DNA of 64,000 nt from Felis catus (Eukaryota): assembly GCF_018350175.1 (NCBI RefSeq), contig NC_058368.1, positions 192,450,001 to 192,514,000 on the forward strand. The letters run 5' to 3'. A model generated the notes under the pieces. The model saw nothing but the letters and a program-made list of their open reading frames with translations. It did no database searches and was not told the origin of the DNA. The translations under genes and the position numbers were made by a program. Position 1 is the first letter of the stretch. Each line of letters starts with the position of its first letter. Positions 1-12,008 of this stretch are shown piece after piece.

Positions 1-1494
1 CAGTCACTAAACACATGGTGTAGACAAGTTCTGGAAACTAAAGGGGAGGCAGAGAGGAGCACAGGCCAGAGGGACAGGGACGAAGTAGTCAGGGAAGCCT
101 TCCTGGAGGTGGCTGTACTTGAGTTAAAACTTAAAATTAGGGAATGGGCTTTGTCCAGTATAAACGGGGTGGGGGGGCAGATTGCTTTAGCATTTGGTGA
201 CCTTCAGGGATGTTTATGAGTTTCCCTGCCAAGGCTTCCGCAGGCCTTTCCCTTGGTCAAGAAGAGAAAAGAAATAAGCTGCCCCTTATCTCAGATGAGG
301 CCATGCGACTCAGGAGGTCCAGAGTCAATACGCATTGTCACTGTTTTTGAGTAATTCATCTGTGTCATCACCCCTGAGTACTCAGCACCATGCAGGACAC
401 CTGGAGGGAGGTGTGATCACATGAGCTGAATGGAGTATGAAGGATGGCCCCTGCCCTCGATGATAATGATAGCAAGAATAATAATGATAACGGCAGGGTC
501 TGTAGACAGGGGCTTTTTTTGTTCCGGGTGGCAGTTCCCAAGGGAAATTCCCAAGAATGTGAATAGATAATCCACCAAGATGGAATCTGCCATCAAACTA
601 TTTGGGAAAACATTGGGCTTATTTAAGCAATGTTAAATAAATGTTTTGCTCTGGGGTGTCTTGGGGCCTCTAGCATTCATGGTAAATCTCTCAGAAGGAG
701 AGCATTCCCCAAACTCATGTGACACAGAGCAAATCTGAGAACCCCTTTTGAGAAACACTGACTCCCTTTCTGCTGGGGTGGTTTCAGACAAAGGGATGTA
801 GGAAGAGGTCTGGCCCTGCTACTATTTCTTATGGAACCTAGATAAGTCCCTTTTCTTCTCTGGACTTTAGTTTTCCCATTAAAAAAAAAAAAAAAAAAAA
901 AAGTCTGAAGGTCCTGGAAGTTTCTTCCCATCCTAGCAGTCTTGATAGCAGTTTCTAATGTTTCATACCTCTATGACAAAGAGGATGAGTGCTGGTCACA
1001 GGAATGAGGTGGGAGGGAAAAGGCTGTGGCAAGCTGATGAAGCCTCCTGACTGCCTGTCCCAGTGACAGTCACTGGATCAGAGAGGTTTGCCAATTCCCA
1101 CAGGGTCACACAGCACTTGAGTTTCTAGATTTGTGACTCAAATAATGTGAGTGGTCTAATTACTTAACGTGGGTAAAGTGCGTAGAGATGATCCCTAGAT
1201 AAAGACAAGGGAGAGCCAGGCTCATTTTGTGTGAGTAGCACTGCCTGATGCATTTTCTGCCAGCCTCCAGGGTGATGGGGCTCCCAGGGGGCCCTTCAAA
1301 CAAGAAAAGCAGGAAATGTTAAGGCATGCCTGCCACTCTCCTGCAAAAGACCCTCCAGCAACTTTGTATTGCAACAAGAATAAACTCCAGACCTGTCACC
1401 TCAGCCCACAAGACCCTATGTGCTCAAGACTCTGCCCACCCCCTACTCCCCCCTCTCTGCTCCTCTCCCCCTGCCTGCCATGTGCCAGCTTCTT

Positions 1495-1719
1495 TATTTT
1501 TTTTTTAATTTTTTTTAACGTTTATTTATTTTTGAGACAGAGAGAGACAGAGCATGAATGGGGGAGGGGCAGAGAGAGAGGGAGACACAGAATTGGAAGC
1601 AGGCTCCAGGGTCTGAGCCATCAGCCCAGAGCCCGATGCGGGGCTCGAACTCACGGACTGCGAGATCGTGACCTGAGCTGAAGTTGGACGCTTAACCAAC
1701 TGAGCCACGCAGGCGCCCC
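1495..1719 (-). mobile_element. Can-SINE (SINEC_Fc-like), full length
   Basis: Reverse complement of GGGGCGCCTG..GGCTCAGT head, (CT)n body and A-tail; TSD TGCCAGCTTCTT at 1483-1494 and 1722-1733. Confidence 0.95.
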
Positions 1720-1859
1720 AATGCCAGCTTCTTAAACACATAGAGCCCTTCCAGCCCGGGGGCTCTAGGGCAAAGAGTTCCCACTGCCCGGAACACATTC
1801 CCCCCCCCCACCCCACCCCCAGCACATGCACACACTCGAACACCATACTCTTCTCATCC

Positions 1860-2110
1860 TTCAAGCCCCAGCTTTAGAGGGCCCCTTCTCAGAGAGACCT
1901 TCCTCGATCAACTTGGCTGAAGCACTCCATGTTCTTCATAGCACAGATCACAATCTCTGATTTTATGTGTTTACCTCCTTTTTCCCATTTCCTTCACTAA
2001 TGTTTGAACTCCACGGAACTGAAGCTTGTGGCTGTGTTTTCACCCTTAATTCCCAGTCCCAAGTATAGTGCTTCGCACAGTAGGCACTTAATATTTGGTT
2101 GAACGAATGC
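1860..2110 (+). mobile_element. L2 3' end remnant
   Basis: Ends in ...gcacagtaggcacttaatatttggttgaacgaatg, resembling the L2 terminus. Confidence 0.6.
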
Positions 2111-2706
2111 TGTGTGGCCTCTAGCAAGGTGCTTCCCTTCTTTGGGCCTCTGTCTCCCCACGTGTGAAAAGCAGTGCTTGAACGGGGTGCTGCTGGGAGC
2201 CTTTAGAGCTCTGACTACGGGTCTGTGACTAATATCTGGGCCTCGGGCCCAGGAGTGAGCCTAGTATGTTACAGCACTGTGGCCCTGCACACAGCACACT
2301 GGTTTAATCGGGCAGCAGACACCCTGTCATTTTGTGTTCTGCTGTCCCTCCTCCTCAGTCCCTGGGCTGGGAACCATGCTGTCAGATTTTCAGGATGATC
2401 TATGCACAGCCACCTGGGTGAGGCTGGTCAGTCTGGAAGCCCAAGGGCCAAGAGGCCTTGTCACTGTCCTGATGTGAAAGACTGCAATCTTTGGGAGTTT
2501 TCATCAAATCCTATAATCTCTGGACGTTTGGCCCAGCCCTCTGCCTTAAAGGTAACTGCCTTCTAAACTTTGCTCACTAGTGGTCATGGTCACCTGGGTT
2601 CTACTTGTAGTGCTCAGAATAGGGGCCTTGCTGGCTCTTAGGGCTGCTCATCTCACCAGTGAACAGCTTTAGGAAGTCCTTTAATCAGATGGTTGGTGGA
2701 ACACGA

Positions 2707-2890
2707 GGCAGTGTAGCATAGGGGCAAAAAGTCTGGGCTGTAAGCCAGGGGGTTTGCAGAATCCCAGCTCTGTAACCTACTTGCTATGTGAGCCTGAGCA
2801 AGCCATGACCCCTCGCTGTGCCTCTGTTCATCTTCTGCAAAATAGGGAGAACCCTCATCAGGCTGTTGAGAAAACCATAAGCATTAATAG
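2707..2890 (+). mobile_element. MIR (one of more than 20 MIR fragments in the window)
   Basis: MIR core: aatcccagctctgtaacctacttgctatgtgagcctgagcaag...gcctctgttcatcttctgcaaaataggg. Confidence 0.7.
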
Positions 2891-3252
2891 AGTGAAGGTG
2901 ATAATGTCGGTTTCTGTTAACTGCTACCTGTGAAGTGTTCTTGTTGTTATTATTGTTTTTAGATCTTCTTGGACTCTGTTCTTTGTGTTGATCGATTTGT
3001 TTGCAAAAGAGATAGTGGGGCCCAGCCCAAACACACAGGGCTGGGAACCTAGGGGGTGGGCTCGCTGGTATCTATGAGAATATCCACTTCATTGTTCCAG
3101 GCCTCAGGACCCCACCTGAAAAAAGGAAAGAGAAAAATCCCTGTCTTGCTTCTTGTCAGAGAACTGATGTATAGATCAAATGAGAAATAAACAAGGCAGC
3201 TTTGAGAAGTAAAAAAAAAAAAAAGCTCTATAGATATGAGGGATTCATCTTA

Positions 3253-3431
3253 TTTTTTAATAAAGTTTATTGATTTATTTTGAGAGAGAGAGCAGTGGAG
3301 GGGCAGAGAGAGGGAAAGAGAGAATCCCAAGTGAGCTCTGCATTGTCAGCATGGAGCCCGATGTCGGGCTTGAACTCACCAACCAGGAGATCATGACCTG
3401 AGCTTAACCAGCTGAGCCACCGACATGCCCC
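3253..3431 (-). mobile_element. Can-SINE, older/diverged
   Basis: T-rich tail, GA-rich body with gagaatcccaag, head ending gagccaccgacatgcccc; TSD TCTTATTTT. Confidence 0.9.
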
Positions 3432-4102
3432 TCTTATTTTATTAGAGAGCTCTTTCCTCTTTTAGCAAAGGCACATTAGCTCCAAAACAGCAAAATAGCT
3501 AAACTCAACCTATTTGGCAAACAGTGTGTTTTTGATACTTGTTGTGAATTTGAAGCTAATCCCTTCAGAATCTTCTTTCGTTAATGTACCAGAGCAAACA
3601 AATTTGAGAAGGATTTATTTATAAGCCATTTGGTACATTCCTACAGGATGTAGAGCTCGGTTTGGCTGATTTCTGGTGTCTTTGCTTATTGTTGTTATTT
3701 CTTCCCTTTTTCTTCTTCAGGGATTTGGTTTGAAGGACCCAGGTGAGGTGTGTTCATTTTGCAAATGTAGGCAGAACACAGTAGCCCTGCATGATTTCAG
3801 GAAGCCTGGTGTGATCTCTGTTCGACCCCTGTCATGCCTTGGGGGCCTACAGCATGAGGAAGCCCCTAGAATCGACTTTACTGCACAGATCAGAAACAGA
3901 GGCCCAGAGAGGGGAAGGCATTTGCCCAAAGTCACAGCTGGTTAATGGCAGAGGCTTGACCAGGTAGCCAGGTCTCTTGACTCCAAACCCTGTACTCTTT
4001 CCAACAGTTCTATGGAGTCTTGCAGTTTCTCTAAATTAGCTTACTGTGTCTCAAAATCTTGTAATTACATAGGGGTTCACATGTGTCAAAACTCACTGAA
4101 CT

Positions 4103-4230
4103 GGGGGAGGCTGGCTGGCTCAGTCAGTGGAACATGGGACTCTGGATCTCAGGGTTGTGGGGACCCATGTTGGGTATAGGGATTATTTATAAATAAAATC
4201 TTTTAAAAAAAGAAAAGAAAAAGAAGAAAA
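4103..4230 (+). mobile_element. Short Can-SINE (tRNA-like head plus A-tail, no CT body)
   Basis: ggctggctggctcagtcagtggaacatgggactctggatctcagggttgtg...aaataaaatcttttaaaaaa. Confidence 0.8.
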
Positions 4231-4312
4231 CCTCTCATTGAATTATATACTTAAAATCTGGACAGTATATTGTTTTAAACTTAACTCACGTTTTTAAAAC
4301 GATAAAATGGTG

Positions 4313-4537
4313 AGGCGCCTGGTTGGCTCAGTTTGTTGGGCAGCCGACTTCAGCTTAGGTCATGATCTCGCAGTTTGTGAGTTCTAGCCCTGCATCGGGC
4401 TCTGTGCTGACAGCTCAGAGCCTGAAGCCTTCTTTGGATTCTGCTGTCTCCCTCTCTCTCTGACCCTCCCCGCTCACACTCTGTGTCTTTCTCTCAAAAA
4501 TAAATTGACATTAAAAATTTTTTTAAATAAAAAAAAT
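4313..4537 (+). mobile_element. Can-SINE (SINEC_Fc-like)
   Basis: Head, CT body, A-tail; TSD GATAAAATGGTG. Confidence 0.95.
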
Positions 4538-4844
4538 GATAAAATGGTGTGGCAGAGTCCTATTTAATGAAGGAGGCAGTGTCTAAGGCCAGCATTAAGG
4601 CAGAAATAATGTAAAATGTAAAGGACTCAAGAAAAGCCCTTAGGAAGGCAGCATGTCAGAGCCAACATGGTCTCTCAGCTGTGTTTCTGTGGGCATTGCA
4701 ACAGCCTGCTGCTTCTTCAGAAGGTCCAGATTAGATTGTGGCTGGCATGTAGGGCTCAGGTTGTGAGAGAAAGAATGTATCTCTACAAAAGGATGATACT
4801 CAGCCTGGTGAGAGGCACATGTGGAGACCAAGACTGCTAAGGGA

Positions 4845-5066
4845 GGGGTGCCTTTGTGGCTCAGTCGGCTGAGCAGCGACCTCTTGATTTCATGGTTCAT
4901 GGGATCGAGCCCCATGTCAGGCTCTGAGCTGACAGCAAGGAACCTGTTTGGGATTCTCCCTCTCCTTCTCTCTCTCTGCCCCTCCCCCGCTCACACACGT
5001 GCACACTCAGGAGTGGTCTCTCTCTCTCTCTCTCAAAAATAAATAAACATTAAAAAAAAGAAAAAA
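4845..5066 (+). mobile_element. Can-SINE
   Basis: TSD AAGACTGCTAAGGGA at 4830-4844 and 5067-5081. Confidence 0.93.
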
Positions 5067-5728
5067 AAGACTGCTAAGGGAATGGTGGTTTATGGTACCA
5101 CATCTCATACACACACACAGATCTCCCCGAGCAGGTGCCAGAGCAGGTTAAGGGAAGGCCTGGATCTGGGGACAAGGATCTGAGGGTTTCTGGAACCCAG
5201 CATGTGACTTAAGTCAGGGGGATTTCAGCCTCTAAGAGGGAGGGCTGAGGGGAAGGGGTTGGAGCAGGGCTGGGAAGCCGAATGATGGAGAACCCTTCAT
5301 TCAAGATGAGAGGGCAGTGGTGGGGAACTGAGGAGATAAACAGGGAAGGAGGAGATAAACAGCTGGAAGACATCAAAGAGAGAGACGTTTGAAGGCAGCT
5401 TAGATTTTGAGCAGATATTAAGTACATAGGGTTGTCACCTTCTACAGCATCACAAAACTAATAAGCATCCTTTAATAAATAAACACCCTAAAGTTTGGAG
5501 TGATGGAGGTGGAGGATGTTAATCCACAAAGCATAATATGTTTAATGAGATTAGATTTGATAAGTTTCAGAACAGTTTGTTAGTTGCTTATATATAAAAA
5601 GGAAGATTCCACACTTCTCAGTGTCAAAGAGTTTGTTCTTTTGAGGACTTTAAACATTTTCCCTAGAATTGTATTAAAACAATACATTTGTTCATCTCAC
5701 ACCCCTTAGGATGGCTACTATCAAAAAA

Positions 5729-5776
5729 GGATGGATGGATGGAGGGAAGGAAGGAAGGAAGGAAGGAAGGAAGGAA
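5729..5776. repeat. (GGAT)n(GGAA)n microsatellite within L1
   Basis: Directly visible. Confidence 0.95.
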
Positions 5777-5957
5777 AACAAGTGTCGGTGAAGGTGTGGA
5801 GAAACTGAAGCCCTTGTACACTGCTGGTGGGAATATGAAATATTTCACTTACTATTATTAATTTCAAAAAATTAAAAATAGAACTACTATATGATCCAGC
5901 AATCCTACTTTTGTGTATATATTCCCAAAGGAATTGAAAGCAGGGTCTCAAAGAGAT

Positions 5958-5961
<4 letters not shown>

Positions 5962-6006
<45 letters not shown>

Positions 6007-6024
6007 CACACACATATATACACA
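5962..6024. repeat. Compound (CA)n/(TA)n microsatellite within L1
   Basis: Directly visible. Confidence 0.95.
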
Positions 6025-6178
6025 CCATGGGTATATACACCCATGGCCATAGCAGCATTATTCAAAATAGCCAAGAAGTGAAAACAACCCACATGTCCAT
6101 CAATGGATGAATGGATAAACAAATGTGGTGTTTACCTACAAAAGAATATTATTCAGCCTTAAAAAGGGAGACAATTCT

Positions 6179-6392
6179 GGGGCGCCTGAGTGGCTTAGTC
6201 GGTTAAGCGTCCAACTTCGGCTCAGGTCATGATCTCACGGTTCGTGAGTTCGGGCCCCAAGTCAAGCTCTGTGCTGACAGCTCAGAGTCTGGAGCCTGCT
6301 TCAGATTCTGTGTCTCTCTCTCTGTCTGCCCCTCCCCCGCTTCTGCTCTGTCTCTTTCTCAAAAATAAACATTAAAAAAATTTTTTTAAAAA
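6179..6392 (+). mobile_element. Can-SINE nested in L1
   Basis: GGGGCGCCTGAGTGGCTTAGTCGG head; L1 resumes after the tail (aattctg on both sides). Confidence 0.95.
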
Positions 6393-7025
6393 GAAATTCT
6401 GCCACATGCTACAACATGGATGCACCTTGAAGTCACTATGCTACATGAAGTAAGCCAGGCACCAAACAACAGATACTGTGTGATACCGCTTATAATGAGG
6501 CATCCAAACTAGTCAAAGTCTATCAAATCCATTGGCTGGCTCAGTCAACAGAGCATGCAATTCCCGACCTCGGGGTTTTACATTAAAAAAAATAATGAGG
6601 TAGTCAACAGAAAGTAGAATGGTGGTTACCAGGGACTGGGGAAAAACAGGGAGGGGGGAGCTATTTCATGGGCATAGAGTTTTAGATTTGCGAAATGGAA
6701 AAGCTCTAGAGATGTGTTTTACAACGATATCAATAGATGTATAACACTACTGAACTGGACACTTCAAAGTGGTAAATTTTATGTTAGATTTTTTTTATTA
6801 CAACAACAAAAAACAAACAAGAAACCGATACATTTGCCTGTAGACCTTCCTTTACTCACTGAAAAGTAGTGGTTATAAAACAGCCTGTTCAGTATGATCC
6901 TATTTTTGTCAAATATCCTTTTCCACTTTAATATATATATTATCATTAGAATACACACTGGAAGATGAACAATAGGCTATTTCTGAGTACTTATTTTGTT
7001 TTTTCTACCATTTGTATTTTCTAAC

Positions 7026-7247
7026 TTTTTTTTTTTATTTTTTAAATGTTTATTTTTGAGAGAGAGAGACAGAGACAGAGTGCAAGCAGGGGAGGAGCAG
7101 AGAGAGAGGGAGACACAGAATCCGAAGCAGGCTCCAGGCTCCAAGCTATGAGCACGGAGCCTGATGTGGGGCTCGAACTCACTAACTGTGAGATCATGAC
7201 CTGAGCCGAAGTCAGACGCTTAACTGACTGAGCCACCCAGGCGCCCC
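7026..7247 (-). mobile_element. Can-SINE (SINEC_Fc-like)
   Basis: Full length; TSD TCTAACTTTT. Confidence 0.95.
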
Positions 7248-7352
7248 TCTAACTTTTTTTTAAAGGAAGCGTTATATTATTTATTAAAACAATAATGAAA
7301 GCTTCATCCCATTCCAGTCCCTCTGTTTATCCACAAGATTTACAAAAGTGGA

Positions 7353-7578
7353 GGGGCGCCTGGGTGGCGCAGTCGGTTAAGCGTCCGACTTCAGCCAGGT
7401 CACGATCTCGCGGTCTGTGAGTTCGAGCCCCGCGTCAGGCTCTGGGCTGATGGCTCAGAGCCTGGAGCCTGTTTCCGATTCTGTGTCTCCCTCTCTCTCT
7501 GCCCATCCCCCATTCATACTCTGTCTCTCTCTGTCCCAAAAATAAATAAAGGTTGAAAAAAAAAATTAAAAAAAAAAA
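7353..7578 (+). mobile_element. Young Can-SINE (CpG-rich SINEC_Fc-type)
   Basis: Perfect 18-bp TSD AAGATTTACAAAAGTGGA at 7335-7352 and 7579-7596; CpGs retained. Confidence 0.97.
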
Positions 7579-7830
7579 AAGATTTACAAAAGTGGAACTC
7601 ACATTTCTGAGGTTTTATTGTATATATAATTAGAAATCACTGCTAATAATTAATTTTAAGATAATAATAGCAATAGTGATATTTCCTATGTAGGGAAAAC
7701 TTAATCTGTGCTTTTTATGAATTATTCTATACAATAACTCTTCGAAATAGGTACCACTATTAAACCCATTCTGCAGATGAGGAAACAGAGTTAAGTAGCT
7801 GGTACAAACTCATTTATAAATGTCAGGGCT

Positions 7831-8079
7831 GGGGCGCCTGGGTGGCTCAGTCGGTTAAGCGGCTGACTTCGGCTCAGGTCATGATCTCGCAGTCCGTGAG
7901 TTCGAGCCCCGCGTTGGGCTCTGTGCTGACAGCTCAGAGCCTGGAGCCTGTTTCAGATTCTGTGTCTCCCTCTCTCTCTCTGACTCTCCCCCGTTCATGC
8001 TTTGTCTCTCTCTCTGTCTCAAAAGTAAATAAACGTAAAAAAAAAATTAAAAAAAAAACAACAACAAATAAATAAATAA
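7831..8079 (+). mobile_element. Can-SINE inserted in a MIR
   Basis: TSD ATAAATGTCAGGGCT at 7816-7830 and 8080-8094. Confidence 0.96.
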
Positions 8080-9904
8080 ATAAATGTCAGGGCTGTGTTG
8101 AAACCCACAGCAGTCTGATTCCAAAGCCCGTGTTTCTGATAGCCTGGGTATTCTGCTAGACCCACATGATGTACTAACCTGTCATCCTGTGCATGGGCCC
8201 CTTCAGCAGCCATGAACATATAATTTATGTGTTAAATTGTTCAGTCAGCACCCCTACCACTCTCCTGATGGTTGTAGGATATTTGTTTCACAGATAAGAC
8301 AAAGGTCGACCTCCCTCCAGAATTTCCAGGCCACATTATGCTCCAGATGGGTCCAGACAGAGCCAATCCTGGGGATTCTGAGTGGTTTGGGATTGTGGGA
8401 CTATATCCAGGGCATTCACCTTATCCACTTAGATACTAACTCCACTGCCCACTACAACCAAGAAGGACACACACCCCCCTCCCAGGGCCATCTCCAACCT
8501 GAGGAGAGGGCAATGGGCAGACAGGAAAGGCTGTCAAATATGGTAACTGTAATAATATGATTTATCTCAAAAGAATGATTGTGATTATGTAATTAACACT
8601 TTTTATTCAAACATTTTCATCTCTAAGGATCTCTGAGAGTCTTACAGATTGTTTAAATATATACCACATACATTACTGGAGAAAAGTCTATGGTTTTAGA
8701 AGATAATTAAAATTCCTTTGCCTTTGGAATCAAGAGAATTGCCTATGGGAACAATATGATGCCCACCAGACACACGAACAGATCTAAACCCAGGAACTGT
8801 GAACACAGGGCCTAGAAAGGATCTTGAAGAGCCATTTGTTTAAAAAGGACAAATAAACATGTAATAAACATATTGGTACTAACCAATTTAAAACCCCCTG
8901 CTCATGGCAGAAATTATTAATCAATGACAGCATTCTTTCTCACTAAGCCTGGACTTATCCTCAGAATTGTTTTCAACATAGCATTCTAGGCAGCTACCAC
9001 CACCTAATCAGTGTCAAACCCTATTTGCCATCCTGGAAATTAGTTCACTCTCATCCCTCCAATCTGATAGAGAGGGGACTGGAGTTCAGAGAGGTAAATT
9101 AACTTGCTCAAAGCTACACAGCCGGTAATGCAAAGCTGAGGTTTCCAAATTTTCACTTTTTTCTTAACCTCCCACCCCTGCCTTTTTGCTCTGTTCAAAA
9201 TATAGTTGGTAGATTGTATGTTGTCCAGCAGATTCCTCTTTCTTGGATGACCTGTGTAGAATGCCCCTACCAATGATTTGCTGAGCGACACCAGGCCTAT
9301 TGCTTAAAATCTTTGTGTGTTGGGTGTTTTCAAGTTGAAAAGGGAGACAGCAATCTGGATTCATGTTCCTGCCTCTTCTACTGGCACGCTGGTGTGCTCT
9401 TTTGAGGAATGTGAGCCGTTGCTAAAATTTCTCTGACTGTAGGGAAAGGGTCAGATATTTTGAGAGCACCTTCCCTAGGCAAGGTAATGTGCTCCTGCTG
9501 TGATGTGGTTTTGCTCCAGAGAGTATAAAAATGAAGTAGGACATGGGCTAGCTACAGTCATCTGGCCATGGTAAGGCAACTTGGAAGGAGGTGGCATTTG
9601 AGCAAGACTTCGGAGATCAAATGGACTGAATGTTTCTTTAATTAAAAAAGTAATACATGGTCATTACACAATTATTGGAAAAGACAGAATGTCAAGAGGC
9701 AAAATCACTCCTGTTCCCTTTACCCATAAGCTATGTCAACATTTTGTTTTATTTTTCTCTTCTTGTATCTTTACTCTATGCACAGATAGTTGGTTTTTTT
9801 CTCCGCTCACATGGTTGTTGATCTGTGTGTGTCATTTATATTTTGATTTTTAGAAGTTTTAATATACTATGAGAGTGCCCCACAACCCAGTAGTTCTACT
9901 AAGA

Positions 9905-10370
9905 ATAACCAACAGAAATGTATACGTCTATATGTTCACCCAAAGGCATTGTGCAAGCATCATTTTCCAAAATAGCCCCAAACTGGAAACAACCTGCGTA
10001 TCTATCAATAGAATGGACCAATAAATTATGCTGAATTCCCCAAAATGGAAAGTATACAGTGATGAAAATGAACTATCACTACACACAACAACATGGATAC
10101 ATCCACAAACATAATGTTGAGCAGAAGAAGCTGGACACAAGAGAGACACAATGACCCACTGATACAAAGTGCAAAACCAGGCAAAACTAACCATGGTGTA
10201 AGCCATCAGAACACTGTTTACGCTTGGGGGCAGGGCTAGTGAGTGGAAGGGACCATAGTGGGAGGCATCTCTCTGCAGGTAACACAGTATAAGCTCCTGG
10301 AGAAATGTATCAAGCTGTACATTTATTACTGTGTACTTTTCTACATATGTGCTATACATCAATAAAACAT
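9905..10370 (+). mobile_element. Ancient L1 (L1ME-like) 3' end
   Basis: aatagccccaaactggaaacaacc...acaacatggat...aaacataatgttgag...ggcaaaactaacc...tatacatcaataaaa. Confidence 0.85.
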
Positions 10371-10704
10371 TAATTAATGAAGTGGTTGTAGGCAAATAAA
10401 TCCGTCAGGTAGAGAGGGCCGAGGATGTCACTTTGAGCAAAGGAAATAGCACAAAGAAAGTTGCAAGAGTGGGAAGTGGAAAACAAGGCAGCTTTCTTGC
10501 AACATTGGTATTACAATATTTTGAATAAGCGAATGATCCCAAAACTTAGGCATTAAAAACAATCACACTTACTTGCTCATAATTCTGAAAGTTGGCGGTT
10601 TGGGTTGGGCTTAGCTAGATAGTGCCATCTTTTCTAAGGTCACTGAAGAGATTGTAGTCAGAGAGATTGACTTGGGCTATATAGCCCAAGATGGCCTGTG
10701 CACT

Positions 10705-11348
10705 TCACCCTTTTTGCCTGCTCAGGGAAAACGAATCTGGGCCCTTAAATACCTGTTTATTTTGCCAGCTGGCGGGATGCTCAGTTTTGACAGTAGAGGG
10801 TGCTGGGGAGATATTAGAGTAAGAAAGTGTTTCGCTTCCTGGTTTTAGTTGCCAGCTCACCACCCTCCCTGAGGCATGTGTGGGTCTCCCATGCCCAGCT
10901 CCTGCCGGGCATGGCTTCTCCAGCATCAGGCTCCGAGAGTGCACGTGGCCAGCAGTACCTGGCAGCCCGAGGCTTCCCCAGGAATCTCTCTTAAGTGATT
11001 TTGTATCAAAGTGTCTCTGATGAGACATTTCCCTATGAACGGCTTTTCTGGAACCCAACAGGACACAATTTCAGCAACTTTAAAAGAATGATTTCTGCCA
11101 TGTCCACTGGCCTGGTGTGGTACCACAGTGACTTATCTGCCATTGTGTGGGCCACAGCCATGTCCTCTGCAGTGAGATCTGGATTTTGGCCTTGGGGAGG
11201 CTCTTCTTCAGGTGCTCTATGTCCACCCGAGGGATAGTGGCTGCTTCTTATGTTTGCTCTTGTTGTAGAAATTCTTTAGAGTTCTCTTTACTTCTTATTA
11301 GTCAGTCCCTTGTTACTCCAGCCCCCTGTTATAATTAATAATTCTTTA
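10705..11348 (+). mobile_element. ERVL LTR of LTR41/LTR52-like type, both ends clipped
   Basis: ttcaccc(t)ngcctgct...tttgccagctggc...cagtagagggtgctgg...ttcgcttcctggtt near the 5' end and taattaataattcttta near the 3' end resemble my recollection of this family. Confidence 0.55.
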
Positions 11349-11500
11349 TTTTTTAATTTTTTAAACATTCATTCCTGAGAGACAGAGCGTGAATGGGGGA
11401 AGGGCAGAGAGAGAGGGAGACACAGAATCTGAAGCAGGATCCAGGCTCTGAGCTGTCAGCACAGAGCCCGACGTGGGGCTCAAACCCTCTAACTGTGAGA
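11349..11500 (-). mobile_element. Can-SINE lacking its 5' head
   Basis: Tail and body present; breaks at aactgtgaga and joins MLT1 sequence directly; no TSD. Confidence 0.9.
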
Positions 11501-11849
11501 TTGGTTGTTGATGCTGGCTGTTGTCTGTGGCTTTCTCTCCAAATGTCTCCAGCAGGATAGTCTTGATTTTTTTTTTTTTTAACATGGCAGCTGGGTTCCA
11601 AAAGGTGAATGCTGAAAATGTAAGGACTCTGGAGGCCAAGGCTCAGATGTCCCCTAACATCACTTTAACTGATATCTATCGGTCAAAATAAGCCATAGAG
11701 CAAGCCTAGATTCAAAAGGAGGAAAAATAAACTCTATCTCTTGATCAGAAAAGTGGCAAAGTCACATTGCAAATGGGCACGGGCACAGGAATGGGAGGAA
11801 CATGGCAGCCATCATTGCAAACAACCTACCATAGTTCAACAGCATCAGA

Positions 11850-12008
11850 AACAGCAGAATACTTTTTGAAAGTCTATTCCTTGACTCTACTCCAGAGCTG
11901 CCAAATCCAAATATCTGGGGTGGGATTTGGCAGTCTAAAATTTTAACACCCTTCCTCTTCCAGCCCCAGACCAGGTGATTCATACCCACAATAAAACTTG
12001 AGAACCAT
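11850..12008. mobile_element. MER5-like hAT fragment
   Basis: ...tctggggtggga...ttttaaca...caggtgattc...aaaacttgagaacca. Confidence 0.55.

Larger units (their letters stand above)
5692..6810 (+). mobile_element. L1 (L1MB-like) ORF2 end and 3'UTR, interrupted by SINEs and microsatellites
   Basis: Typical L1 motifs: aggatggctactatcaaaaaa, tatgatccagcaatcctactt, atggatgaatggataaacaaatgtgg, agtagaatggtggttaccaggg. Confidence 0.9.
10510..11835. mobile_element. MLT1-type MaLR LTR split in two (about 10510-10700 and 11500-11835) by nested inserts
   Basis: cccaaaacttaggcattaaaaacaa...ttgctcataattctg in the left part; aacatggcagctgggttcc...ctagattcaaaagg...caaagtcacattgcaa in the right part. Confidence 0.7.

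Noticed and set aside
1316..1864. ORFs containing NVYLFLRQRETEHE or AQVMISQSVSSSPA peptides (also at 7042, 7842, 18905, 18951, 25513, 26497, 49309, 58685 and others)
   Set aside because: Recurrent translations of Can-SINE sequence, not genes
4103..4230. tRNA-like sequences with A/B boxes (all SINE heads)
   Set aside because: They run into SINE bodies or A-tails and lack an intact cloverleaf; not tRNA genes
5663..6122. ORFs resembling L1 ORF2 C-terminus or its antisense
   Set aside because: Decayed L1 interrupted by microsatellites; non-functional
10705..11338. Cluster of overlapping ORFs suggesting a processed pseudogene
   Set aside because: No recognisable protein, poly-A or TSD; sequence fits an ERVL-type LTR better
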